In this document: in pieces, positions 23,475-36,000 of the stretch
Layout of the letters: each line of letters starts with the position of its first letter
Numbering within the stretch: the stretch's first letter is position 1
Assembly: GCA_028534125.1 (NCBI GenBank)
Contig: CM052817.1
Span: forward strand, 24,802,001 to 24,866,000
Source of the DNA: Lama glama
Lineage: Eukaryota
Length of the DNA stretch: 64,000 nucleotides
Reading direction: 5' to 3'
The notes under the pieces: generated by a model
Told to the model about the DNA's origin: nothing
Database searches by the model: none
Seen by the model: only the letters and a program-made list of their open reading frames with translations
Program-made: the position numbers and the translations under genes

Positions 23475-24800
23475 ATTTATTTTCTTGAAGTATAGTTAAT
23501 TCACAATATTATGTTAGTTTTGGGTGTACAGCAAAGTGATTCAGTTATATATATTTTTTTTCAGATTGTTTTCCATTAAGGTTATTACAAGATACTGAAT
23601 GTAGTTTCCTGTGCTATATGGTAAATCCTTTCTATTTGACTATTTTATATATAGTAGTGTACATCTGTTAATCCCATACTCCTAATTTATTCCATCCCCT
23701 TCCCTTTCCCCTTTGATAACCATAAGTTTGTTTTCTATGTCCGTGAGTCTCTGTTTTATAAATAAATTTGTATTGCTTTTTATATTCTACATATAAGCAA
23801 TATCATACTATGTTTAACTTTCTCTGTCTGACTTATTTCACTTAGCATGATATTCTCTAGGTCCATCCATGTTGCTGCAAATAGCGTGTATTATTTCATT
23901 TTTTATGGCTGAGTAATATTCCATTGTATATATACACCACCTCTTCTTTATTCATTCATCCATTGATAGACACTTAGGTTGCTTCCAGGTCTTGGCTATT
24001 GTAAACAGTGCTGCTATGAACATTGGGATGCATGCATCTTTTTGAATTAGAGTTTCTTCCAGATATATGACCAAGAGTTGGATTGCTTGGTCATATAGTA
24101 TCTCTATTTTTAATTTTTTAGTACCCTCCATACTGTCTTCCACATTGGCTGCTGAAGACCAAATTACATTTCCACCAACAGTGTAGGAGGATTCCCTTTT
24201 CTCTACACCCTCTTCAGCACTTACCATTTGTAGACTTTTTGATAATAGCCATTCTGAACAGTGTGAGGTGATACCTCACTGTAGTTTTAATTTGCATTTC
24301 TCTAATAATTAGTGATGTTGAGCATCTTTTCATGTGCCTATTGGCCATCTGTATGTCTTCTTTGGAGAAATGTCTATTTAGGTCTTCTCCCTATTTTTTG
24401 ATTGGGTTGTTTGTGGTTTTTGTTGTTGTTGTTATTGAGTTGCATGAGCTGTTTGTATATTTCGGAAATTAGCCCCTGTCATTCACATCATTTGTAAATA
24501 TTTTCTCCCATTCTGTAGGTTGTCTTTTCATTTTATGGACATTTTCCTTTGCTGTGCAAAAGCTTTTAAGTTTGATTAGATCTCATTTGCTTATTTTTGC
24601 TTTCATTTCTTTTGCATTGGGAGACTGATCTAGGAAAATATTGCTACTATTTGTGTCAGAGAATGTTTTGCCTATATTCTATTCTAGGAGTTTTATGCTA
24701 TCATGTCTTATATTTATGTCTTTAAACCTTTTTGAGTTTATTTTCATATATGATGTGAGGGAGTATTCCAATTTCATTGATTTATGTGAGACTGTCCAAT
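23475..24800 (-). mobile_element. L1 fragment (ORF2 3' part plus 3' UTR)
   Basis: Minus ORF 23952-24227 contains PMFIAALFTIAKTWKQPKC; typical antisense L1 sequence. Confidence 0.93.
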
Positions 24801-27800
24801 AAATAATTTTTTACTATTCCTCCTGCCTTCACTTGGGTATCTTGATCTTAACCCATATCTGGGTTCCTCAGTCAAGAGACTCTTACTTTAGAACCAGAAA
24901 ATAAACCTTCAGCCCTCTCTGCTGGTGTGTATGTGGCAAAGGGGCAATGGTCATTGGCGTGGAGGACAAGGAAAGTGTAGAGATCTAACTGCTTCTTAAA
25001 CAGACTTCCAGCCAGGCTTTCTGTTTTTAGCTCCACTCTCACTTTACTTGTAGAATTGTCTGGGGCTACCAGTTCCTGAGTCTTTAGGGGTCTGGGCTTT
25101 CTCTGCTGGGTTAGGATTCAGCTCCCTCCAGGCTGCAAAATCAGCCACATTCTTCTATCTGCTTTCCAGCCTCCAACATGTGCAGCTGTTTCCCACCTCT
25201 CCCAATTCTCTTTGTCCTGGTAGATGTATGTCTTCTTAAAATGTCCCTTTATTTCCACATTAGTGTGGCTTTGGAATGGGTGGGAGTAAAGTATGTGTCT
25301 AACCTGCTATTCTTGGTGCAAAGCCTCAATCCGGGTCTTACCATTAATAACACTAGTATTTTAATGTTTATCTGTCAGGTTGATTCTGTGATTTGAGGTT
25401 GTTTATTTACGTTTCTGAGCCTTTCTTATTCTGTTTTCATTTTTCATTATTACATTTCCTGCATCTTGCCTTCAGTGTATTAGATGTATTTTATCTGTGT
25501 TACAGAAGTTAAACTATTCAATGTTTTAGCACATTCCTGTGAAAAACAATGTTTTAAAAGGTAACTTCATGGAATTTTTTTCTCCGTTACTAAAATGAAA
25601 AGCTAATGCATACAAACATGCATATGTAAAAATGTAAATGAACATTAAGACATAAAGCTAGTCAATGGGACATTTGATATACAGAAATGATAAAATTCAC
25701 TGAAAATCTTTAATTATTTAGATGTCCCCCTGTATAATTATCTACACCTTTAATCCTAAAAGGAGCTTATCTAAAGCAAATTAGAGTTATCAAACCGCAT
25801 TCTGATAAGATTTCATCAAGACAGACTATGACGTAGTATTTCTCAGAATCTGGTAATTTTCAGTATTCAAGAACTGTGGAAATTTTTTCCTTTGTGCTTT
25901 TTGCAGAAGTCTGTTTATTTGTGTGCTAGTCTGAGGGCATTTTGAAAAATAAAACATGAAAATTTAATAGTCAAAACTTTTCAATTATTTAAGGTACATG
26001 GTGCCTGGGGTTTGTTGAGAAACATTGTGGTTTTGTATTTTTGTTGTTTTATTTATCATTAAGAGGAGGCTAAAATCCTGATTGTCCCTCATCCAGCTGG
26101 TGACCCAGGGGAAATATCAAATATGATTAGGGGACTTTTTCTGAATATGTTTATCTTAATATTGTATGGAAGTAGTTAGAAGGGCTAACTTTTAAAATCC
26201 AAACTTTCCTTTATCCCAGCCATCTTCAAAGCAGGCAAAAGCCACTTCAGGATGGGTCAGTCAGCTTTGCTGCAGTAACAAATGAGCCCACAAATCCCAA
26301 TGGTTTGCAGTAGCAAACATTTCTCTCTTTGCCACATTACATGGCAGGTGTGGGGTCAGTGCTATGACTTGCTGCTTGTGGCATCCCCAGATGCAAACCA
26401 AAGGAACAGCACCATGTGGCACACCTGCTCAGTGACAGAGGGAAAAGAGCCGCCTGAAACATGTGGTGCCTGTTCAGACTTTTGTTCAAATGCTACCCAT
26501 TCGTATCCCCTCACATTCCACAGCAAAGCAAGTCACACAGCCAAGCTCACATCGATGGGGAGGGGAAGTTACTTCCCTGCTGGATTTATGATCTTCCTAT
26601 AAGGAAGGGGATGCATGAGTCATCAAAAACAATAATCCAGTCTCTACAGGTAGAAAAGGCAGCCTTAAAGGCTTAAATCATTGAAGAAAAGGAAATGGGA
26701 TTAGAGCTAAACTGAACAGCAATTAGAATGGGAAACTTTACAAATTAAAAACATTTTTTCTTGAGATAAACACAATGTTCTTTAAGGAATTTAAGGCTGG
26801 ATTGTCCACCATAAATTATGATTTGTGTATTATCTTTGCAATATAATTTCACTGGGGGCAAGTACTTCTTTTAGCAGGTGACTCTTGGTCTTGTTTCTAA
26901 TATTGTTCACTTCAAGAAGTACAAACTAAATTTCATTTTAATACAGGGAGAATTAGAAATGATTGAAGTGAAAAGGTGGTAGATCAAAATAATCTTGATG
27001 AAAAAGAAAAACGCAGTGTATTATGCAGCTTCTTTTGGAGCACAATAAATTTACTTGGTGGCTACCCAAACAGAAACTGTGGGACAAGAATCTCGTAGGG
27101 GGATTTACCCTCACACGCTCTGATGACATGGTCAGGTGTTCCTTCCTCTAACTAAGGCAGAAAGTGAGACACAGAGCACTTTGATGACAGTGTTTTCCTA
27201 AATTCACCAGCTCATTAGTGCCTGGGCTAATGCCCAAACACCTCAGGCAAAAGGGTGCGGTGATGCTTAACTAGTCACCCACCTAGTGAGAATAATGACT
27301 CGTCCCTGGAGATCTGGCTGTGACAGGTCAGGGGGTGGTGGGAAGATGTGCTAGACAACTGGACACCATGAAGAGGAAAAAGAGAAGTGGAAAGAGGAAG
27401 CTGGGCTGAGGGAATGCAACCCAGCCCTGGTGATAAATGTTTGCTCATCAGAAGGCCTAGTGGGAGCTCAAGTGTGAAGAATTATTAAAATGAGCAATGG
27501 GAGAAAACTAGCCAATTTCAGGAATTTATTTAATGAAAATAGGCATAAATAAGAGATGGTTACATTTTTTTTTTCCCACTGAGAAAGACCATTAAACTCC
27601 AGCTGGTTTGCAGAAATGTTTGCTGTTGGTGTACTTTGGGTTTATGGCCACCGTAACGAGGATATTGATAAAGTCTGTTGACACATGCCTACTCGTTCTC
27701 CCATCAGCCTTGAAATCAGGGCCCTAGAGAGCAGTGACAGAGTCCACTATTTTGGTTAAATTCAGAAATATTAGCTGGTTTTAGAGAAAAGGTTCGTATA

Positions 27801-28091
27801 GGTGTTACCTCTGTATCTTATATTATTACTATATCCCATCTTTCCTTTTTCTTCCTGTGTGTGAGAAGACCCAATGATCCATCCTTCAACAAATACTTAG
27901 TGAACATCTATTACGAACCAAGCACTGTTCCACGTGCTGGGGACTCAGTCAGGAAAAAAGTTTATATTACAGCAGGGTAGACAGACATTGTTAACATCAA
28001 ATTTATAATATCATGGCAGGTAGTGATAAACACTTTGAAGAATAACAAAGTAAGATAAGAGAGGGGTGCAGATCCTATTTTAGGAGAAGCC

Positions 28092-28612
28092 ATGGCGTGT
28101 TGGTGATAGCTCAGACTGGCTCACCAGAGCTGACTAATACATTTTTAGGAATTTTGCTGGCCAGTTCTTAAAGCCATCATTAAAAATCAAATTTTATAAA
28201 CTTCCAAGTAAATACATTATAATAAAAACGGGGGGTTCAATCCCCAGGACCTCCATTAAAAATATAAAATAAATAAATGAACCTAATTTACCCCCCTAAA
28301 ATTTTTTTAATGTAGTAAATACTCAAAACTTGCCATTTTCGATAAAAAAAAACTTGCCATTTTCTATGTATTTTACTACCTGTTACTATTACTTCTGCTC
28401 TTTAAATTATTTACATGTCTTCTATCTGTGTGCTGGAAACATGACATTATGGTATACAACTCCACATCTCCTTCTGACTCTTTGTTCAATGATGTCATAT
28501 TGGCAGCTGGCATCAACCATGGTGGATGTATTTATACCACAGAAATTGGCAAATACTACAAGTCAGGGTTTTTTATGTTAGAGAGCTAGTTGTTAAATAT
28601 TTACTAGCACTT
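28092..28612. mobile_element. MER63-like hAT-Blackjack element within an L2 remnant
   Basis: Ends gagagctagttgttaaatatttactagcac; starts ggcgtgttgg...ctggctcaccagagc. Confidence 0.6.
28230..28300 (+). mobile_element. 5'-truncated vic-1-like SINE inside MER63
   Basis: gggttcaatccccaggacctccattaaa...cctaattta matches the 3' half of the other copies. Confidence 0.7.
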
Positions 28613-29094
28613 GACAGAGAAGAGTCTTTCTAATGAGGTGATACTGGAACAAAAGCCTGAATTAAGTGTGGATATTTGTCATTGGGGTATCTCAGAAAGC
28701 AATGCAGACATAGGCTTCAGACCAGCTTTTACTGGACACATTTTCAAGGATCAGCACAGAAAATAGCATGGCTGATCAAAGTGAGTGAGAAAAGTGACAG
28801 AAAATCAGGCTGGGGGACAGCTTAAGCAGAGCTTTGAAGGCCCTGGTACAAGATACAGTTTTAATTCTAAGTACATTATGAAGCCATGGAGGACTGAAAA
28901 CAGGAGAGGGAAGTGATCTGATTTCTATCACAAAGGCTCCCTCACTCTACTGTATGGAGGAGAAAAGACTGTTCTATCAGGTGGTGGGTCTAAATTTTGA
29001 CTGAATGATGGCTAAGAATTACTCCTTGCTTGCTAGAAATATATCTGAATCATTGGTATTTGCAGCCATCCTAAGATTTAATCACAAGCAACGT

Positions 29095-29502
29095 TGAACG
29101 TATGGTAGTGACCATGAGGTTGGTCGCTACCCAATTCTCTTCTCCTTCCTGGGCACATAGATTGTCTACACTTCCTGGAACTCTGGCAGCTCAGCAGGTT
29201 CATATGATGAATTCTAGCTAATAAAATAGGAGTAGGAGTGACACACGCCACTTCCAGGCACAAGCACTTGAGCCACTGCGTGACCCCCACACCCTTCTAT
29301 GGTGACTGCAGAGGCCACGTATCAAGATGGATGAGTCACAAGATGGAAACATTCAGTTCCCTGAGTGACTGTACAGAGTATAGCATCCACTGACTTAACC
29401 TGAACATGAACATGAGCAAGAAAAAAAATTTGTTTCATTAAGTCTTGAGATTTCAGGGTTAGTCTATCACTGCAGCTTAGCCTAGGCTACCCTGACTAAC
29501 AC
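29095..29502 (+). mobile_element. MLT1-type LTR
   Basis: agatggaaac...ttccctgagtgact...tgagatttcaggg...ctaccctgactaacaca. Confidence 0.7.
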
Positions 29503-29534
29503 AGAACGCCAAGCTAGTAAAACTTCCACGGTAA

Positions 29535-29760
29535 CAGCTAACATTCATTGAGGGCTTACTCCATGCCAGGCTCTAGGCTAAGCGTTTTACCTGTAATTCC
29601 TTGTGTAAGCCCCACGTCACCCTCTCTGAGGTGATCATTGTTATGGCTTCCATTTTAGATATAAGGAGACTGAGGCCAGGAGAGGTTAAGTGACTTGCCC
29701 AGAGACCCGGGAGAACAAAGGGTGGAGCCAAGATCCAGTCCTGACTAGAGCCGTCCCTCT
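29535..29760 (-). mobile_element. MIR SINE
   Basis: ccattttagatataaggagactgaggccaggagaggttaagtgacttgcccagag core. Confidence 0.8.
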
Positions 29761-31714
29761 TCCAACAAGAGGGAAGAACAAATAGCCTCGAGATTTCATT
29801 CATTTCGTCACCCATTTATTGGGCACTTACAGTGCTGGGCTCTGGGTAGACAAAGGTAAATAAAACACCATTCCTGTCCTCAGGGAGTCTAGTGAGGGAG
29901 AGACCACAAAGAGAAAATTATAACGTGATGAATTTACAAGCAGTACAAGAGACAGAGGAACACAGTAACAGACACCAAGGAGATGCAATCAGCAAAATCC
30001 AGACTGTGGGAACCCCTACAGGACAAACAACCCAGTTTTGCCAACAAATAAATTGCGAGGAAATTTAGTCACAACCTACAAATTAACAGAGATCTAAAAG
30101 CCTTGTCAACCAACGGCAAGATTATTCGACTCCTGATTCAAGTGAACTATTTTTTTTAATTAAAAAATAAGTTGCTTACTAGATATGGGACAATTTGAAC
30201 ACTGAATGGACATTTAATATTAAGGATGATTAACTTGAACTTCAAAAATTTTAGGTGAGAGATTTTGTGGTTATTTTTAATGTATCCTTACCTTCTAGAG
30301 ATACATGCTAAAAATTTTATAGATGAAATCATATGTGTGGAATATTCTTCAAAATATGCAGGAGGGAGAAATGGGTACACGAAACAAGATTGGCATGGAT
30401 AATCATGGTTCACTTGGGTGATAGTTACATGGTGATCAATTTTAGTAAATATTTAAAATTTCCCCAAATAAAAAGTTTTAGAATACCTGTTCCTGGGCTG
30501 GATATAAAGGAGCTGGTAGAATTGCTGACAAGGTGTCTGGGGACGCTTCCAAGGAAAATGGGACATCCACGCGTGAAACAGTTCTCAGGCAGCAGGAGAG
30601 CATGCACAAACAAATTAAGCTATTTTGAGCATCACCTAAAGTAACTGATGCCAGAGATGGTTAATATTTATTTTTCATCAAGCGCCAGTTGCTATCACAT
30701 AGAAATAGGTTGCCAGAGTTCATGGGACTTCCTTCTATGGACATGTGTAGAAATGGGCTGAGTGGAACTAGAGATTAAACGTTGGATTTGAAAATCAGGA
30801 GACCAGGTATGAGAATCCTGGCTCTGTCTGTGACCAGCTGTGTGTCTCCAAGAAGGACCTGGACATTTTCTATGTCTCTGTTCCATCATCCATAAGACGA
30901 GGTCTGAATTGTTCCCAAAGAACTCTTTCTGCTCCAACATTTTCTTATTCTACATGGGCTTCCACAGACATGAAATGTTAATTTTGGGGGTCATGTGTGG
31001 GAATCAACTGCTTCAGGTCACTGTAGCATCATTGTCAGAATGGAAAAGACCTACAGTGCGGACATCTTAGTTACAAGAGACCCTGGGAAAGTCTCCTGCA
31101 TGCAGAGACCCCCTGACATAACCTCAGAGGACTTTTTCTGCTTCGAATGGGAAGCAAAAGGGAGCAACAGAGTAAGACTATTGTGCATTGTTTTCAGCTC
31201 AGTACCTGAGATCTTGGTGGCTTTCACAAATTAAGGGCATTTAACTTAGGGTATTTACAACCTGGCAACTTCCTTGTGAAAAGATCCTCTGGGCTTGAAA
31301 AATCCTACTTGCTTTCTTTACTTGAATATTGAGCACTAAAAAACCTGCCCCTTGGTGTCCCAAAGGGAAGTTAAAATAGTTCTGATGGGATGTCCTCATG
31401 GGCCCATAAATTCTGTGCTGAGGAATGTAATGAAAAGTGTCAAAATATCCTCTGGCCACCCCACTCCCCACACCTTTTGAATTGTAGCAGAGACTCAGCA
31501 CCAACCACCCGCTTCACGGAGTGTGTGATAAGAACTCTGATTCCCAGTGCCTTCATACCAACCTCTCCACTCCACCTCTACCCTAGCTGAAGGCTGGAGT
31601 GCACAGCCCCACCAGGGAGAGCTCTGATATTTGAAAGGAAACAAGGTCAAGTGCGATCTGTGTGGAAAGGGAATGTTGCCTGCTGTTCCAGTAAGCAATG
31701 AATGTTGCCCACTC

Positions 31715-32100
31715 AAAATTTTGTCTTTTGCTGCAACACAGATGGACTTGGAGGGTATTATGCTAAGTGAAGTAAGTTAGACAGAGAAAGACAAATACTG
31801 TATGATATCACTTATATGCGGAATCTAACAAATACAACTAACCAGTGAACATAACAAAAAAGCAGCAGACTTACAGACATAGAAAACAAACTAGTAGTTA
31901 CCAGGGAGACAATATACGTGTGGGGGAATAAGAAGTACAAACTATTGGGTGTAAAGCTACAAGAATGTATTGTACATCATGGGGAATAAAGCCAATATTT
32001 TATAATAACTGTAAATGGAGTAACTGTGAATCACTATATTGTACACCTGTAACCTATATAATATTGTACAGCAACTATACTTCAACTCTTAAAAAAGGCT
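31715..32100 (+). mobile_element. L1 3' end fragment immediately upstream of the PGM2 promoter
   Basis: gatggacttggagggtattatgctaagtgaagtaag...caactatacttcaa. Confidence 0.88.
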
Positions 32101-32279
32101 TTAAAAAAATGACACATGTATGAACACTTCATTTATTTCAGAGGTGGCGCTGCAGAAAAAGAGGAAAGGACTTCAATTAATGGTGCTAGGTCAACTGGAT
32201 ATCCAGGAGAAAAAAGAAAAAAGAAACCTGAGTCCATTCCTCCTATCAGGTCACAAGCAAATATGCATTCCAGGCCAAC

Positions 32280-33090
32280 TGCGGCTCTGTGAATGAGGGC
32301 GGCGTCGGGAGCTTTCAAAGAGGACGTTGAAGACTCAGCACCCTCAGCTCCACCCCACGCTACCCGCCGAGGTCTAGCGGGCTACCCCGGAGGCGCGCTC
32401 CCGCGAGCGCGTCATTTTCCTCGGGGACGCGGCTGGCTCCGGAGCCGGCCCTCCCCGCCCCGCCCCAGCCTCGGCCCGCCCTGCCGGAAGGACGAGCTCG
32501 CCTTCCCCTGGGCTCGGTGGTGGCAGCGCGGGGACGGCGGCGGCGGCTCCGGGAGGCGGCGGCCCCGGCATGGACACCCGGCTGGACCAGGAGACGGCCC
32601 TGTGGCTGCGATGGGACAAGGTGAGGGGTGGCCGGGGACCGAGAGTGCCCGGAGGAGGTGGGGGCGAGAGCCGGTGCCGGCGCTTCCTTCCTTCCCTCCC
32701 CTCCCACGCCGCGGGGCCGCGCGGGTCCCGCCGGAAGACGGAGGACGGGGACGCGGCGGCTGCAGCCAGGCCTCCTCGGGTCCGGCCGGCTTGTGGCAGA
32801 GTCGAAGTTTGTCCAGGAAAGGTTGTCCCGGGACAAAACCAGCCATCTGGCGGGCGGGGACTGCAAGTTCGGGAGTAGGGGAGCATGCCGGGTTGGTCTG
32901 AGCGCGGCGGAGTCTAATTGAGGCGAGCTCTTGTTTCTGCCACTCAGACCGCCAGCTCGTCCTCTACAGTCGCCTGTGCATCCCCCACCGACCCTGAATT
33001 GTTCTGTGCCGCCTATTTGGCAGAGCAGCCTTACCAAGTACTTGGTTGCAAGCGTGGGTCCTCCGGGTTCGGCCTGCCTGGCTTTAGGCG
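32280..33090. promoter_or_regulatory. CpG-island, TATA-less promoter of PGM2
   Basis: Very high GC and CpG density spanning exon 1; GC boxes (ccccgccccgcccc ~32454-32466) and an ETS-like ccggaag (~32484). Confidence 0.9.
32570..32620 (+). CDS. PGM2: PGM2 exon 1 coding part ([17 protein letters not shown])
   Basis: ATG at 32570 in ggcATGG context; donor AAG|gtgagg. Confidence 0.92.
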
Positions 33091-36000
33091 TTTTTCCAGG
33101 TCTCTGACTTTGCCAAGAAGAGAGGGAACCTCCTTGGACACAGCGCTCCTTGGCGTTTCATCTCTTCACTGTCTTAGATGCTCGAGCAAAGAGAGAATCG
33201 GGGACCCAGCTCCGGACGTCACTCCCTCTCTCCTTTCTAACTTGAGTCTCTCGCTCATACACGCTGTTTGTATTCCCGGAAAGTTCCTCTCTTCTGTTTT
33301 CTGTTGAACTTGCTTTTCATGTTGTTACTCATGTTTCAGGTCTGAATTTAAATGTGGCTTATGTAGAGAGGCCTTCCCTGGCTCCCAAGGGTAAATTATG
33401 TCTCCGTAATACTCTCCCCAGACAGACTATTCGTTTCTCTCATAGCTCGTACTACGACTGGCCAAGAACAAAAACACTTGCTAGTGGGTTTATTTGTTTA
33501 ACGTCTGTCTCCAGGGCTGACTTCAAAGGCATGCGATCCACTGGGTCACAGAGGACCCGTTCTCCTAGGAGGGCCCAGCGCTTGATTTAATAATCTGCTG
33601 TCCTGCTTTGAAATTCTTTTAAAATTTTTAACAAGGGATCCCTTTTTTCGTTTGCACTGGATCTTGCAAATCATGTAGTCGGCCCTGCCCACTCCTTCAC
33701 TAACTTCCCTCATCCCGAGGCCTGCACCACACATAATAGAGACCGGAAATACCTGTGGAGTCAGTGAGGAAGACTGTGAGGTCTCTCTGCAGGGGCCAGG
33801 CCTTCCTCTTCACTCCCAAGCCCCTGCCCACGAAATGCCAGCACGTCCGGTTTCTGGAGGCTGTTGGCAACTCCTTGGGTGCTTTTCCTTTGTAATTCTT
33901 GTAATTCTTTAGGAAAGGAAAAGGTCTCCATTTCTGATAACTCAGTAACTGGCAGTGTGTAGAAATCTTGAAAAGTCATAGTTGGTAATGAATTGGTTGC
34001 AAAAAACTTTCCCTTTGAACACATAGAATCCCAGTTTCCACACACTGTTGTATCTGTGGGTACGGAGAGTGCCTCACTGGATAGAGGTGAGGGGATGTTG
34101 GCCTTTTCATTTTTCAGTTGCTGCCACTCCTCCTGTCCTCTCCTCAGTTTCTTCTTTGGCTTGAGACAGGCGTTCAGAGGGAACTTCCCACCAGCTAAAG
34201 GCATTGCAGCCCTCTGGTCTGACTGCCCCAGACTCAGGGTGCCGGGCATTCACCCTCCGTCCCTGTTCCACTGGATGCTGACAGACATGTCACTTCCAAT
34301 CCTGGTTCTAGTCTCTGCTGCCCTCTCGACTTTTTTTTCTTACTGCTCTGCCTCCTTTGGTTGCTCTCAGGCTATTTGGTCTTTTATGGATATCAAAGGC
34401 CAATTTGGATTTTTCAAATCTACACTGTGAATGAAAGAATCACTGGCTACTGGGTGTGACCTTATAGTCTCTGTGTTTCCTCATTCGCTCAGCAATATGT
34501 ATTTTATTGTATATATATTTTTTATTGAAGTATAGTCAGTTTACAATGTGTCAATTTCTGGTGTACAGCACGCTTCAGTCATACATGAACATACATATAT
34601 TCGTTTTCATATTCTTTTTCACCGTAAGTTACTACAAGATAGTGAATATAGTTCCCTGTGCATTACAGTATGAACTTGTTGTTTATCTGTTTTATATATA
34701 TTAGTATCTGCAAATCTTGAACTCCCATTTTATCTCTTCCCACACCCTTCCCGCCCTTGTAACCATAAGTTTGATTTCTATGTCTGTGAGTCTGTTTCTG
34801 TTTTGTAAATAAGTTTGTCTTTTCTCTCAGCAATGTTGGTTGAACCTCTTTTATGTTGCAGACTTGAGCCCTAACACCTGACAATCGGATAGGTCAGATT
34901 GTGCTCTGTGGTCAGTGGCTATTGCTTTTAACCCAAAAGATGGGCTTTTGCTTGTTTCCTCTTGAATCTGGAACAATCTGGAAATGTGGGCTTAATTCCA
35001 GCAAGCCAGCATTTTATTGCAATAGCATTTCTAAGTTTAATTATGTGGCCACGTCTTGAGCTGCATGTTCATCTACTGAGATGAAGACTCTAAGATCAAA
35101 ATACTCACTCTAGTGTTACCCTGAATTCTTAAGTGAAAAATTTGGTAATAGAATTAATGTAATTGTCATTTTTCTCCATTCTTAACATTTTCTGCAACTA
35201 TTGTACAACGAAAATAGAGCAATAGAAAATGAACTTAAGTGATTCATGTGACTATTTGAAGCAGTTAATAATAGAAAAGGTACTAAATTAATGTTCATCA
35301 TGCAGTTTAAGCAAGATGCTTAATCTCTGAAGCTTCTCCACCTATAAAATGTTTTTTTTTTAATTTGCCTGCCTCTTACAGTCATTGCAAGATTCAGATT
35401 TGACCAGGTGTGTGAAAGTATTGTACAGCTTTTAAAACATGAGCAAAGTAAGGTTTTGATTTAAATTATATAAGCTTATCACTATCTGGGGAAATCTGAA
35501 GACATTAGAGAAGGAAACGAATGTTTGATTACTACTAGGTGCCAGATAGAGAAAGGTGTTTTACATAAATTTAATGTAAACCACCTCAAAACCACCTTGT
35601 AAGGAAGAGTCTAGATTGTTCCCATTTTACAGATGAGGCAACTGAGAATTCAAGAAGCTAAATAATCCTCCAGGAGCATAAAGTCGATGAGTGGTCTTGT
35701 GGCTGGGGTTCCATTCTGGGTATTAGACCCCATAACCTATATGTTCATTCCTTTTCTCCAAAAATGCTTACCTTGGTAGGAAAGAGAATAATACTTATAT
35801 TATAAAGGAGAAACTATTGCCTTTTATTCACAACATTTCTAACATCAAATGTGTGAGTTTTTCACACCAAGCTATTTTCTGTTTCTCTGGACATCAGCTG
35901 GGTGTCCTACAATTTCAATTCTAACACAGGTGCCCCAGCTTAAGGGGTCAGTCCCACAAGACTGCCCCCACCTCAGATCCCCACAAAAAGTCCCAGATTG

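Noticed and set aside
32293..33307. Many long overlapping ORFs (up to 225 aa) on both strands
   Set aside because: Artefact of the stop-poor GC-rich CpG island; only 32570-32620 matches a protein.
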